This document shows, in pieces, positions 32,145 through 41,193 of a stretch of 64,000 nucleotides of DNA; the stretch's first letter is position 1; each line of letters starts with the position of its first letter. The notes beneath the pieces are model-generated. The model saw only the letters and a program-made list of their open reading frames with translations, searched no databases and was not told the origin of the DNA. This stretch comes from Candidatus Bathyarchaeota archaeon (GTDB lineage: Archaea; Thermoproteota; Bathyarchaeia; Bathyarchaeales; DTEX01). Both the position numbers and the translations under genes were made by a program. Where the stretch lies: contig CAVQNT010000006.1 of NCBI GenBank assembly GCA_963714275.1, forward strand, positions 160,001-224,000. Reading direction: 5' to 3'.

Positions 32145-32344
32145 TTATGCTTCTCTGGAGGCTCTAGAAGCCGCGGCAACTCCAACCAGCAAGGCAATAA
32201 TGATAAGGACTGATGCCATTGTCGTGGCTGAACTTGTCAGGTCAGCAGAGACAACTGCCATGAAGCCCATCCCAGTATGATTATGATGACTGCTATTGCA
32301 ATCACGTAACCCAAGATGGGTCGGACTGTGTCCAATAATCCCAT
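32145..32344 (-). CDS. Hidden ~66 aa two-TM-helix protein, needs one +1 correction at a G run
   Basis: MGLLDTVRPILGYVIAIAVIIIILG|MGFMAVVSADLTSSATTMASVLIIIALLVGVAAASRASREA; GGTGGTG SD upstream. Confidence 0.55.
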
Positions 32345-32401
32345 TTTACATACACCACCATAAAGGCAGTTTCCTAGTACAATATTCTTGTCGGTTATAT
32401 T

Positions 32402-32635
32402 TTAAAGTGACATTGTACTAAATTTACCTTCTCTTCTCTTGGTTTGGTATCTTCTTATTGATGCCTTACCTTTATCAGTTTTGAAATATTTTTGTTGTGC
32501 CTTCTTCACTGTAACCTTTCTCTTCAGTTTACCCTTCTCTGATTGGGTGTATTTTCTCAATGATAACCTTCCTTTAAGGGACTTAAAGTATTTCCTTTGT
32601 GTCCTCTTCAATGCTTCACTTACCGTTCCCATCAC
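32402..32635 (-). CDS. Basic repeat protein (KYxxS/TxKGK x3), virus-type
   Basis: KYFKSLKGR, KYTQSEKGK, KYFKTDKGK; GGTGA SD. Confidence 0.6.
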   Translation of the reverse strand: MMGTVSEALKRTQRKYFKSLKGRLSLRKYTQSEKGKLKRKVTVKKAQQKYFKTDKGKASIRRYQTKRREGKFSTMSL

Positions 32636-32721
32636 CCCATAAATGACAAGGTAGTTTACATGTAACGACTCTATGAAATGATTCTCTTAACCAATGATAA
32701 AATCTGTTGAATAATGATTGA

Positions 32722-33351
32722 TTAGTCCCTTTTATCAAAATCTTTCATTGTATCATCATAGTTGTATGGAATATCTTGGCATAGAGCATTCAGTTGTTCC
32801 TCGACATGGTCTATCTGGAAAATTGATTCTAAAAGATGTACTTGGATAAATCCACAGTTCACATTCAACAAACAAAAGGCATCATACCACAAATTCTTCT
32901 CCATAACCCTCTGAGTATACTCTATCTTTGCTATCCTAACAGCCACATGGTGCCTAACTATACCCTTAACAATAGAGTTAATGACTAACTGTAAAACACC
33001 TTCATCCATGCTCAATATCTGGAAGCCAATGATAACTATGATGATATTACGTTCAAGGCAATCTCGTACTTGGTCTTTTGTCAAATTGTTCTTGAAAGAG
33101 ATGAACATGGCTTTGATAGTGGCTTCTGGATGAGCATCAAATTCATGGAGATATCTCATCCATCTATCTGGTTTGATGAAGCTCTTCATTGCAAAATCAT
33201 TTATTTGCCCAACAAGGATTTCATTACCTTTCACTGCATAAATGTCAGCACCAGATTGCCATGGTTGATGTGGAGGTAAAACCCAGCCCATCCTTCTAAG
33301 TGCTTCAGGAACCATACACTCACCAATTTGTGCAATGACATAAGAAGTCAA
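32722..33351 (-). CDS. PD-(D/E)XK nuclease-like protein
   Basis: IGECMVPEALRRMGW...GADIYAVKGNEILVGQIND; the (D/E)xK position is atypical. Confidence 0.5.
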   Translation of the reverse strand: MTSYVIAQIGECMVPEALRRMGWVLPPHQPWQSGADIYAVKGNEILVGQINDFAMKSFIKPDRWMRYLHEFDAHPEATIKAMFISFKNNLTKDQVRDCLERNIIIVIIGFQILSMDEGVLQLVINSIVKGIVRHHVAVRIAKIEYTQRVMEKNLWYDAFCLLNVNCGFIQVHLLESIFQIDHVEEQLNALCQDIPYNYDDTMKDFDKRD

Positions 33352-33668
33352 TACAACAATGGTTGATAATAGAGTGGAAAGAATGGTAAAGTGGCTGTTC
33401 CATAATGTTTCTTGGCATGGGATGAATTTTTTTCAAAAGTGGGAGTGATTCGATTTTTAGATAGGTTTTGAGCATTTATTGGCTCAACCAATCATTGTTT
33501 CCACACACACAGCAATTTATAGACTTAACTTCTATAATAACTTACCATGACCCTTTATTTATAATAGTATGGTAAATTTAGGCTTTATTCCTCATTTTAA
33601 GGTGTTTTTGAGCCTATTCCAAAAATTTTATAAAGTCCCAAAGACAACAATTACTTAGATGATTTAAC

Positions 33669-33797
33669 ATGACAATAAGAGCATACAAATTCACTGGGAT
33701 AGAGGTTCATCAAAGAGAGAATCCAAACGAGTATTTTCGGCAATACTATCACAAGGTTAAGAAACAAAGAATGGCACAAAAGAGTGGACAGAAATAG
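33669..33797 (+). CDS. 42 aa basic micro-protein
   Basis: MTIRAYKFTGIEVHQRENPNEYFRQYYHKVKKQRMAQKSGQK, downstream of a TTTATAAA box. Confidence 0.45.
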   Translation: MTIRAYKFTGIEVHQRENPNEYFRQYYHKVKKQRMAQKSGQK

Positions 33798-33919
33798 ATT
33801 GGGCAGAAAACCAGCGACAAAGAAACAACTGAAAAAGCTTCATCGCCACAAATCATTCTCCATAAAACGTGCATACAGGCAGTTCGAAGAATATAGATGA
33901 TTGCCCATAAAAATGTGGG

Positions 33920-34405
33920 ATGTCACTCAACTTGAAGGGTCACAATTGGGGAGGACTTTGTAAAAAATGTGGGAAATCCCATCTACATGGAAGGCTCAAT
34001 AAATCAAGTTGGAACAAAGGTTTAACGAATCTTACTGATGAAAGGGTTGCAGAGTCAAGTAGAAAAAGAGCATTGTGGAACAAACTAAATCCACATGGTA
34101 TATCTTTTGAACAAAGAAAGAAAATAAGTTGTTATGCTATCAAAAGGTTTCAAGACCCACTTTGGAGACAATGGTTCTTTGAAAGAATGAGAGAAACCAC
34201 ATGGGAAAACTCAGAACGTAACCTTAAAATTAGTAAAGTACAGTTCATGGTTTGGATTAATCGGAAACACCAAATAGAAAATAGATTGGGTTATGTCATT
34301 ACACATCTCACGTGGGCTCATCTTTATGGTAAAGCCAAAGCACAAGAAATGAAAGATGATGCCTCTGTTCGTGCAGTAATTTGGTGGCAAAAGAATCACA
34401 AATGA
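33920..34405 (+). CDS. Basic protein with CxxC and NUMOD3-like DNA-binding motifs
   Basis: CKKCGKSH; SWNKGLTNLTDERV; EQRKKIS; ERNLKIS. Confidence 0.55.
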   Translation: MSLNLKGHNWGGLCKKCGKSHLHGRLNKSSWNKGLTNLTDERVAESSRKRALWNKLNPHGISFEQRKKISCYAIKRFQDPLWRQWFFERMRETTWENSERNLKISKVQFMVWINRKHQIENRLGYVITHLTWAHLYGKAKAQEMKDDASVRAVIWWQKNHK

Positions 34406-34467
34406 AAGAGGACTTTGTAAATAGGACTAAAAACCGTTGGTTCAACAATTCAAAAGACTGATTATCA

Positions 34468-34689
34468 TTGCTATATGGGAGTAAGCTGGGTGAACTAGAT
34501 GCCAAACTAGTTGGAATAGTTGTATCTGATTTAGAGTTTGCTAGAAAGTGTCTTGTGGAGAAGACAGCCAAGTACAGTTATTATGAAAATACGGGACTTT
34601 TAGAACATTCCTATCTATATCCTAAGTACAATGGTGATAAACCCAAAATGGTTGAAATTCAGTTCCCAAATGAAGAGGAATATAGATGA
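34468..34689 (+). CDS. Hypothetical protein, 5' end probably frameshifted from ATG 34402
   Basis: Overlapping ATGA start/stop coupling with both neighbours. Confidence 0.4.
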   Translation: MLYGSKLGELDAKLVGIVVSDLEFARKCLVEKTAKYSYYENTGLLEHSYLYPKYNGDKPKMVEIQFPNEEEYR

Positions 34690-34886
34690 CAACACAAAGT
34701 GGTTCCTATCCAATGACCAACAATGTTTTGGCACGTTATCAGAATAAGGGAATTGTGCATCATTGTCCACGTTGTGGTAAGTCCTTCATTGTCCATGACA
34801 AGGTTCATGTTACCCGAAAAATGTGTATCATGAAGAATGTTATGAAGCAACAATCATTGATGTCCCAGATGAGGAAGAGGAAATAA
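34686..34886 (+). CDS. Small Zn-finger-like protein
   Basis: HCPRCGKSF; overlaps the upstream stop. Confidence 0.5.
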   Translation: MTTQSGSYPMTNNVLARYQNKGIVHHCPRCGKSFIVHDKVHVTRKMCIMKNVMKQQSLMSQMRKRK

Positions 34887-34890
34887 TGAC

Positions 34891-35046
34891 ATGAAGATTT
34901 GTAAGGTTTGTGGACGAGTTTATAATACTGTCCAAAAAGATACCTGTTGTGGAAGGCATGCTCGAACTCTAAAGACTAGAATAAAGAAAGAGAAAATCAA
35001 ACATGAGAAAGAACTAAGGCGCAAGTCTTTACTCATTGACCTTTGA
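34891..35046 (+). CDS. 51 aa Zn-finger micro-protein, not in ORF track
   Basis: MKICKVCGRVYNTVQKDTCCGRHARTLKTRIKKEKIKHEKELRRKSLLIDL. Confidence 0.55.
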   Translation: MKICKVCGRVYNTVQKDTCCGRHARTLKTRIKKEKIKHEKELRRKSLLIDL

Positions 35047-35500
35047 AGCTCCATACTTGTATTAATTGTTCATGATAGGTACTTTCTACACTAAAAACAC
35101 TACCCTAAACAGTGATAAATACCTCCTTATTACGTATATAACAACATGCAAATTGGCTTTTTTAGGTATGTTTTCAATGGTTTTTGGTCATCTGATACGT
35201 TGTTTTTTAGCGTATTTTGTACTAAGTCCTCTCTGCAACATAGATTGGATACATCTTTTTGGGACATTGAAACGTATCCATTCTATTCCCATAAGGCATG
35301 TCCTTTTTAAAAATTGTTTAAAACTCTGTCCTCCCCCAGATGTAGGTTAAGGAATCGATTTAAAAGGGGCATTTCTGGTATCAATGAACCCATTTTAGGG
35401 GTAATGGCTTGGAAAAATAAATATAAAAAAAAGTGTCCCATATATATAATATGGTATGTACCCTCCCCTACGTCTAGTGGTTTTTGGGCTCGTGATTCAT

Positions 35501-35532
35501 TATGTAAAGAGTATCTAATTATTCTTTACATA
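35501..35532. repeat. 13-6-13 inverted repeat (recombination-site-like)
   Basis: TATGTAAAGAGTA-TCTAAT-TATTCTTTACATA, 12/13 complementary. Confidence 0.6.
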
Positions 35533-35843
35533 TCCTCATCAAATCCCTTGATTTCCATGCCCCAAGACTTTGTTTGTTTTTGATGTGATGTCATTGGATT
35601 CCTAAATGATTATTTAGGGTTTGAAATAGATTCATTGAAACCAAGCATTTTCCAAGTGAAATTGAAGCGAAAAAAAATCTAAAAAAAGTCCACTGAATCA
35701 TTTGGAATTTGATGACTTTAGCACAGGCTTCAAAAGAGGCTCTAGGGCATGTAAAAATCACTGTTGAGCTTCGTCCAGTGCACTCAGAACTTCAGTACAG
35801 GCAAAAAGACAACTTCAGCACAGAACAAATGATTAAAATTTAA

Positions 35844-36115
35844 TCCCCAAACCCAAACCCAAACTACCTCACTCTACCTCATCTCTCTCTAGTAATAGGT
35901 ATAGAAACCAACAAACAAACAATCAATAAAAGAAACAGCTGCTTACTGCTTACTAGGTACTAGACATACTAGGTACTAGGCTTCTCGTGTCGTCAGTCAG
36001 AGACACGCACTCTCTCTCCCTTCACACATAATAAACCATAACTCACACACAAACTTGTGCGAGAGTAATATATACTAAATAAACAACACAATTAGACAGT
36101 CAGTCAGACACAGAT
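35844..36115. repeat. Strand-biased tract of short tandem repeats (origin-like)
   Basis: (CCCAAA)3, CTACCTCA x2, GCTTACT x2, TACTAGGTACTAG x2, CAGTCAG copies; no ORF. Confidence 0.55.
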
Positions 36116-36207
36116 AGTTACGCAGTGAACACATTTATCAGCTTTTCTTGCAGGTTAATATATCATTATGTGAAAACAGTATAATCGCTTTCCGACGCTG
36201 TTACTCG

Positions 36208-36882
36208 TCAACTTTGCTCTTCGGGCGGGGGTCTTCTAAAGTAATAACCCATTTTTTGTCTTAACAATTCTCTCGTTTCTTGTGATAATTGAAGTACTAT
36301 AGAGCTTAAGATGGTTTTATCCATGGGTTCAGCCTTTGCAATGTTTTGACAGTTAATTCTATTTATTGTCTTAAAACTAATCATTCTGTGTCGAGTAGTT
36401 ATTGTGAATTGTTCTTTAGTTTCTTCAAATTCGGCAATTGAGTTTTTGGGTCAATTATTTCTTTATACTTCAATTTTTTTCCGAGAGTGTATTCTGGAAA
36501 TAGCGGATTGCCTTCATATATAAAATAGGTTCTCTGCCCGAATTCTTTTTTGTTTAGGTAGTCAGCCTTCTCAGTATCTGTGAGTTTGTTCCATGTTTTT
36601 GGATGAGTAAAATTCTTGCTCATGCCTTCTTTATTCAAAGAAGTCAAATCATTTGAGAGAAAAGGATTATCGAAAAGTGCTGTATTGACTTCCTCCAAAG
36701 GTGTGAGAATTAGTGTCCTATTTCCAATATCACAGCAAGGGTCTAGTACAACTGAATACTGAGAATTTTCAATTTTAAACCTACACGGCTAAATGGTTTT
36801 TCAATATTTGGAACTATTGATTATAGCCTTTTACAACATCGCCAAATCTTAATCTGTTTTCAATTAAGGGACTGTAAAACAT
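36208..36882 (-). CDS. Third gene of the TIGR04255 operon, possibly PemK/MazF-like; split by indels
   Basis: MFYSPLIENRLRFGDVVKGY...SVVLDPCCDI...LILTPL...YFIYE...MISFKTINRI...LQLSQETRELLRQKMGYYFRRPP reconstructed across frames. Confidence 0.6.
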
Positions 36883-36891
36883 AATTGTAAC

Positions 36892-37119
36892 CTATTCTGA
36901 AGGAAGTTCGTTGATGTCCACAGAGGTTCCCTGCGTCTTTCTATCTTTCAGTGACCTGAAGTCTTCGTTGATTGCTACTTCCTCTATGCCGACAAATTTA
37001 CCATCCAAGGTTAACTTAACCAGAATAAGGTACTTGTCAAAATTACATAGCTTATGCGTGAATTGGCTTTCTGAATTTCCCCCTGTTACAGTTTTTGGTT
37101 TTCTGATTATTTCTGTCAT
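36892..37119 (-). CDS. 75 aa hypothetical protein, middle gene of the operon
   Basis: Intact ORF spaced 6 and 9 nt from its neighbours. Confidence 0.65.
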   Translation of the reverse strand: MTEIIRKPKTVTGGNSESQFTHKLCNFDKYLILVKLTLDGKFVGIEEVAINEDFRSLKDRKTQGTSVDINELPSE

Positions 37120-37125
37120 TTAATT

Positions 37126-37888
37126 TCACTTAAGCGTGCCAGTTCTCATATATTGCTTTACGGGTTCTTTTACGATGTTGAAATACTCATAATGAATTAT
37201 TTGATAAAGTTCGTCAGTAATCTGAAGATAGTCTTTGGAGGCTATATTAGTTTCGAAGCCATCAAAATCCAAAACTATAGCGTCTTTGCCCTGAGCATTT
37301 TTTATCTTTGTTTCTTGATAGATTAAGTCTATGGCTGCTCCTAGTACAATTTATAAACAAATATGAATCGGATACCTCGTTCATTGAGAATCTATCGGTT
37401 GGAAAAGATGAATTGTAAAGTCGTTTCAGAGTATCGTTATCACTGGTTGGTAATGGGCACTCATCAATATAACGTAAACCTATACGGCTTATTATGGGTA
37501 CATTAATAGTACTTAGGAAATTTCCGATAACGAACTCAATTGTATCTCTAAATTTTAGTTGTTCATTTGGGTTATTATAGGATTTATGCTTCTTTGAAAT
37601 AATACTAACGGAGTTAGTTTGTACCCTGATTTCGATTTCTTCTTTTGAAAAAAAAGTCCAAATTTTTGTTACGTCTGAAGGATTTAATTCTTCATCGAAG
37701 TCTTTCTTTCCAGCACGAAGTCGCTCACTTAGAAGCAAGTGCCGTCGCAAAACCAATTTAGAATCAGGGAATCTGGAGATTATTTTCTCCTGAAATTCTC
37801 CTATTTTTCCTTCTACTGAAAACAAATCTGGAAATTTAATCTCGAAAGCAACTTCTTTAATTGTTGGGTAAACGAAAATTTCGCTCAT
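37126..37888 (-). CDS. TIGR04255-family protein, indel near 37300
   Basis: PTIKEVAFEIKFP, RIGLRYID, and LDFDG in the shifted frame. Confidence 0.8.
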
Positions 37889-38019
37889 TTAAATCCCTCA
37901 GTGTTCCTCAATTTATTGTTTCGAAGGTAACATATAGTTTTTACGTATGAGGCACGTCGTGCTATAGGTGAATTAACCTTATTATGCTTTACATTATTTC
38001 TTCCTAATAAATCCAAGGC

Positions 38020-38236
38020 TTAAACATCTGCTTGTCTAGGAAACCACGAATCCCTTTCTCCTCTTAGACATTTCGCAAGTAAAATAGCCTCTTCATCAAT
38101 CAAAGTCTCAAGTGTTTGCCTTTTACCTACCTTTATTCTTGGAATATCAATAATTGTCTCAAAGAAACCATCCAAACTTTTCATGAGTTCTCTTGTTTTG
38201 GTTTCATTCAAGTATTCTCTCTTGCCCTTTCTTGTC
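38020..38236 (-). pseudogene. 3' remnant of a stand-alone (casposase-like) Cas1
   Basis: RKGKREYLNETKTRELM...IPRIKVGKRQTLETLIDEEAILLAKCLRGERDSWFPR recalled as the C-terminus of TACK solo Cas1 proteins; frame closed upstream. From memory, not searched. Confidence 0.55.
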
Positions 38237-38334
38237 TAGCTAGCTACTAAAGGTATTCCACATTCAACATCTATCGCATTTCAAGAAAGGGCTCTTTTGT
38301 TCTAATAGGAATGGTATAATGTTTTTATGTTCAA

Positions 38335-38586
38335 ATGCTCATTTACTATTTTATGGAGGCTATAAACGAAATAGTGCAATTATTCGTAAGCCATCCAGAA
38401 TCAATATTTATAATTATCATAGCTTGGTTTTTGATTATATTAATTTTGGATAAATTACTTAAAGTGCATATTACTCCTTGGTGGGGATTGTTCAGTCTTT
38501 TGTTGGCGGTAGGAGTTGGAGTCTTTTACATAATTTATTATAAACAAATTCTAGGTCTTAATTCATATGCTTTCTTAATCTTCTAA
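38335..38586 (+). CDS. Small two-TM membrane protein
   Basis: Two strongly hydrophobic segments. Confidence 0.55.
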   Translation: MLIYYFMEAINEIVQLFVSHPESIFIIIIAWFLIILILDKLLKVHITPWWGLFSLLLAVGVGVFYIIYYKQILGLNSYAFLIF

Positions 38587-38626
38587 CTAAGTGAGTGAAT
38601 GATAGGACTAATCATCTTATAGTATT

Positions 38627-38893
38627 TCATTCTCTTGTTGCCTCTTCAAGATTATTTCTTGTTGCCTCTTCAAAGTTCTTTTTCTGCTTTTCCTCTTGTC
38701 TCATCAGTTCCATTAATTTCACAAGATAAATATTCGGACTATTAGTTCGGTAGTAAGATATCTGATAGTCTGTAGAAAACCCTAATAATTGACAAAAAAT
38801 CAAGTGACTATTATAATTCCGTTGAGTTAACTTAACACATATATTTATTACTGCCCCTGATGATTTTTTTTCAGCCGGATGACGAGAAGGCAT
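38627..38893 (-). CDS. Hypothetical protein or fragment with a 24-nt-period repeat at its 3' end
   Basis: EEATRNNL-EEATRE. Confidence 0.3.
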   Translation of the reverse strand: MPSRHPAEKKSSGAVINICVKLTQRNYNSHLIFCQLLGFSTDYQISYYRTNSPNIYLVKLMELMRQEEKQKKNFEEATRNNLEEATRE

Positions 38894-39017
38894 TTGTTTG
38901 ACCTTAATGATAGTTCAGAGTTAAACGGACGGCTAAAACCCAAAGATGTGTCTCGGACCAGATGATCGTAAATTTTCTGGTATAGATAACTTCATTTCAA
39001 TGTTTCTAGTTTGTTTT

Positions 39018-39308
39018 CTATTTGGTCTTTCGCAGGATTGGTAACTCATAATTTTCGCCGATGAACCAACCGAAGATTGCTGTTAACGCTCCGAAAGCAA
39101 TCATGAGAAGCTGCGTAAAAATGTCAAAGGTGAACACCGCTGACGGACCTGCGATGAGAAATAAACCTAACACGTAAACTGAGGCTCCCAACACAGCTGA
39201 GACAGCCATACCCATGGTTCCATGAACTTTTTTTCCCAACACGAAACCTGTAAAAAACGTAAGCGGGATCACAAGCCAACCAAGGTCCATTTTTGTCCGT
39301 TGCTCCAA
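39018..39308 (-). CDS. Small three-TM membrane protein
   Basis: Hydrophobic helices, intact ORF. Confidence 0.65.
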   Translation of the reverse strand: MEQRTKMDLGWLVIPLTFFTGFVLGKKVHGTMGMAVSAVLGASVYVLGLFLIAGPSAVFTFDIFTQLLMIAFGALTAIFGWFIGENYELPILRKTK

Positions 39309-39536
39309 TCAATCTTTTTTGGGAAACTTAACCTAAAAAGGATTACGTTAAAGAGTTTATATGTTCGAAGAACAATTTCGCATTGAATTCAAACCCAAAG
39401 ATATATAATATAAAATTGGATTCACCCCATGGCAACAATCAGTATAAATTATTTTTTTAACCGATGAAAGCATGTCAAAAGAAGGGAGTTTTATAATTTT
39501 GTTTCTGAAATGGGATTCGCGCCACGTTCCCTCATG

Positions 39537-39818
39537 TTAAACAGCTTTTCCATCATCCTTGTATTCTTTGCCTACAATCATGGTGGAGGAGAAGGTGATA
39601 CCCGACATCATACGTATCTTGTCAATCATGAAGTCTAGCTGTTGTAAGTTTTCTACACGTATAACTGCAATGACATCGTAATCGCCATAAACAATGTTGA
39701 CCTCTGAAACGTATGAGTACTCGGTCAACGCATTGCACACTTCCCTTTCAGTGCCCGAATTAACCTTGCAAAGTATGTAAGCCTTGATATCCGCCAACAC
39801 ATTCACCTTTAGATCCAA
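39537..39818 (-). CDS. Lrp/AsnC ligand-binding (RAM) domain protein
   Basis: AYILC...VYGDYDVIA...STMIV. Confidence 0.88.
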   Translation of the reverse strand: MDLKVNVLADIKAYILCKVNSGTEREVCNALTEYSYVSEVNIVYGDYDVIAVIRVENLQQLDFMIDKIRMMSGITFSSTMIVGKEYKDDGKAV

Positions 39819-39970
39819 TCATTTTTTCTGTTCATTGCTTTAAATCCTTTAAGATTCAGCTACTCCGTTTATAGTCTAATCAGAGTCAATCACGGGTATT
39901 GAATCTCACATTTCTAAATCTAATGAATTGGAATTGTGGGTAAATCATTGGTGAACCTTGGTTTTACCAG

Positions 39971-40216
39971 TTATGGTGTGGTCATTATGTCTATGACTAT
40001 CATGGTTAAGGTTGACCTGACTTTGTTGAGTCTCCGTATGCGCCATGTCACGATGTCCTTAAGTTTATCCATTGAATCAGCCTTAACCTTGGCTATCAAA
40101 TCGTAGACTCCGTAAACGCTGTAGGCTTCCTCGACTCCTTCCACCTTTTTGAGTTCTGCAAGAACCTCGCTCTCAGAACCTATCTCAGCATTAATCAAGA
40201 CAAACGCAATCGGCAT
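39971..40216 (-). CDS. Lrp/AsnC ligand-binding (RAM) domain protein
   Basis: AFVLINAEIG...VYGVYDLIAKV...VRSTLTMIV. Confidence 0.92.
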   Translation of the reverse strand: MPIAFVLINAEIGSESEVLAELKKVEGVEEAYSVYGVYDLIAKVKADSMDKLKDIVTWRIRRLNKVRSTLTMIVIDIMTTP

Positions 40217-40408
40217 GTTCTGTTCCTCATTATTCTTGTTCTACAATTACATCATAATTGTTTTTGGTTATTAAATATTTACGCCTATCTCTGTCATTCT
40301 TTCCTTCATGTGCTCTCCTTTTCTCTGAAGATTGGTAATGTTTAATAAATGCCTATTAACGACGGATAAATTTATTTAGAAACAGAAGCCAATTACTAAC
40401 GGGAGACA

Positions 40409-41129
40409 TTGGTCTTGAATCCTCTTGAAAAGTTCAAGGTTGACGTTCGGAAAATTGAGGAACGGCGAGATGACTCTTGGATTGACATGAGTTTACGGGG
40501 GCTCAGGAAAGGCGAGGTTCGATTTTACCGCGTCAACGATCCTTTAACGGGTCAGTGGCTGTTCAAAGTTTGCAGAGACGAAGAGATGCAGCGGACAATC
40601 ATTAAAGCCATAAAATGCCCAGCTGGAGCAGGCTTTACCCAGCTGGAAGGTCGCACTATGCTTTTCCAGAAAAGTCTGACGGAAGGTTATTGCTACGATG
40701 TTGTGTCGTTTTCTTACTTGGACAATGAGAAAAGGCTTCGCCGAAAAGTCGCGGAAAACATCGACGAGATACCTGAGGTGCTCAAAAATAGTTTCAGAGT
40801 CGTGGATTACGAAGAAGCCACTGGGAAGAAGGCTGTGGGAAAAAGCTTGGTTACGCTTTGCGAAGAAAGCGACGAAAAGAAGATGATTCTGCTTTTCCTA
40901 ATGGAAAGGGCTTGGCCTTTGTCCACTATTCCTCCGGAAGTAGGCGCTAGGATGGTTGACCTTTTAGACATGATTAAGAACCTCGAAAGAGCAGACTGTC
41001 GAGGACATCTACCGGACAGCTGAAGAGCAATACGAACTGGCAAGAGAGGATATAGACAGTATGCTCAATGTTCTTGAAACTGTAGGCAGAATTCAAAGAT
41101 CAGAACAATACATAAAAACAAAGGGATGA
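40409..41129 (+). CDS. Hypothetical protein, C-terminal wHTH-like part in a shifted frame
   Basis: Long ORF; continues VEDIYRTAEEQY...LETVGRI after an indel near 40995. Confidence 0.6.
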
Positions 41130-41193
41130 CCAACATCCAATTTTTTAAGGTTCATTACTCTTAAATGCATCAACAAAAGTTTCCTATTGTGAC

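Larger units (their letters stand above)
29300..38900. mobile_element. Integrated virus/plasmid-like element; right boundary uncertain (36.2 to 39.3 kb)
   Basis: Composition shift, integrase at the left end, dense small ORFs; sits between the housekeeping tiaS and Lrp/AsnC genes; no att repeat identified. Confidence 0.8.

Noticed and set aside
35066-35583. ORFs 35066..35350 and 35314..35583
   Set aside because: No SD or motif, non-ATG starts, and they overlap inverted repeats; likely non-coding.
35844-35863. (CCCAAA)3 as a telomere
   Set aside because: Three units only and internal to the contig; kept merely as part of the repeat tract.
38630-38675. 17-nt direct repeat TCTTGTTGCCTCTTCAA near the Cas1 remnant as a mini-CRISPR
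   Set aside because: Only two copies 7 nt apart with a 24-nt codon-phase period (EEATR); no spacer-length gap.
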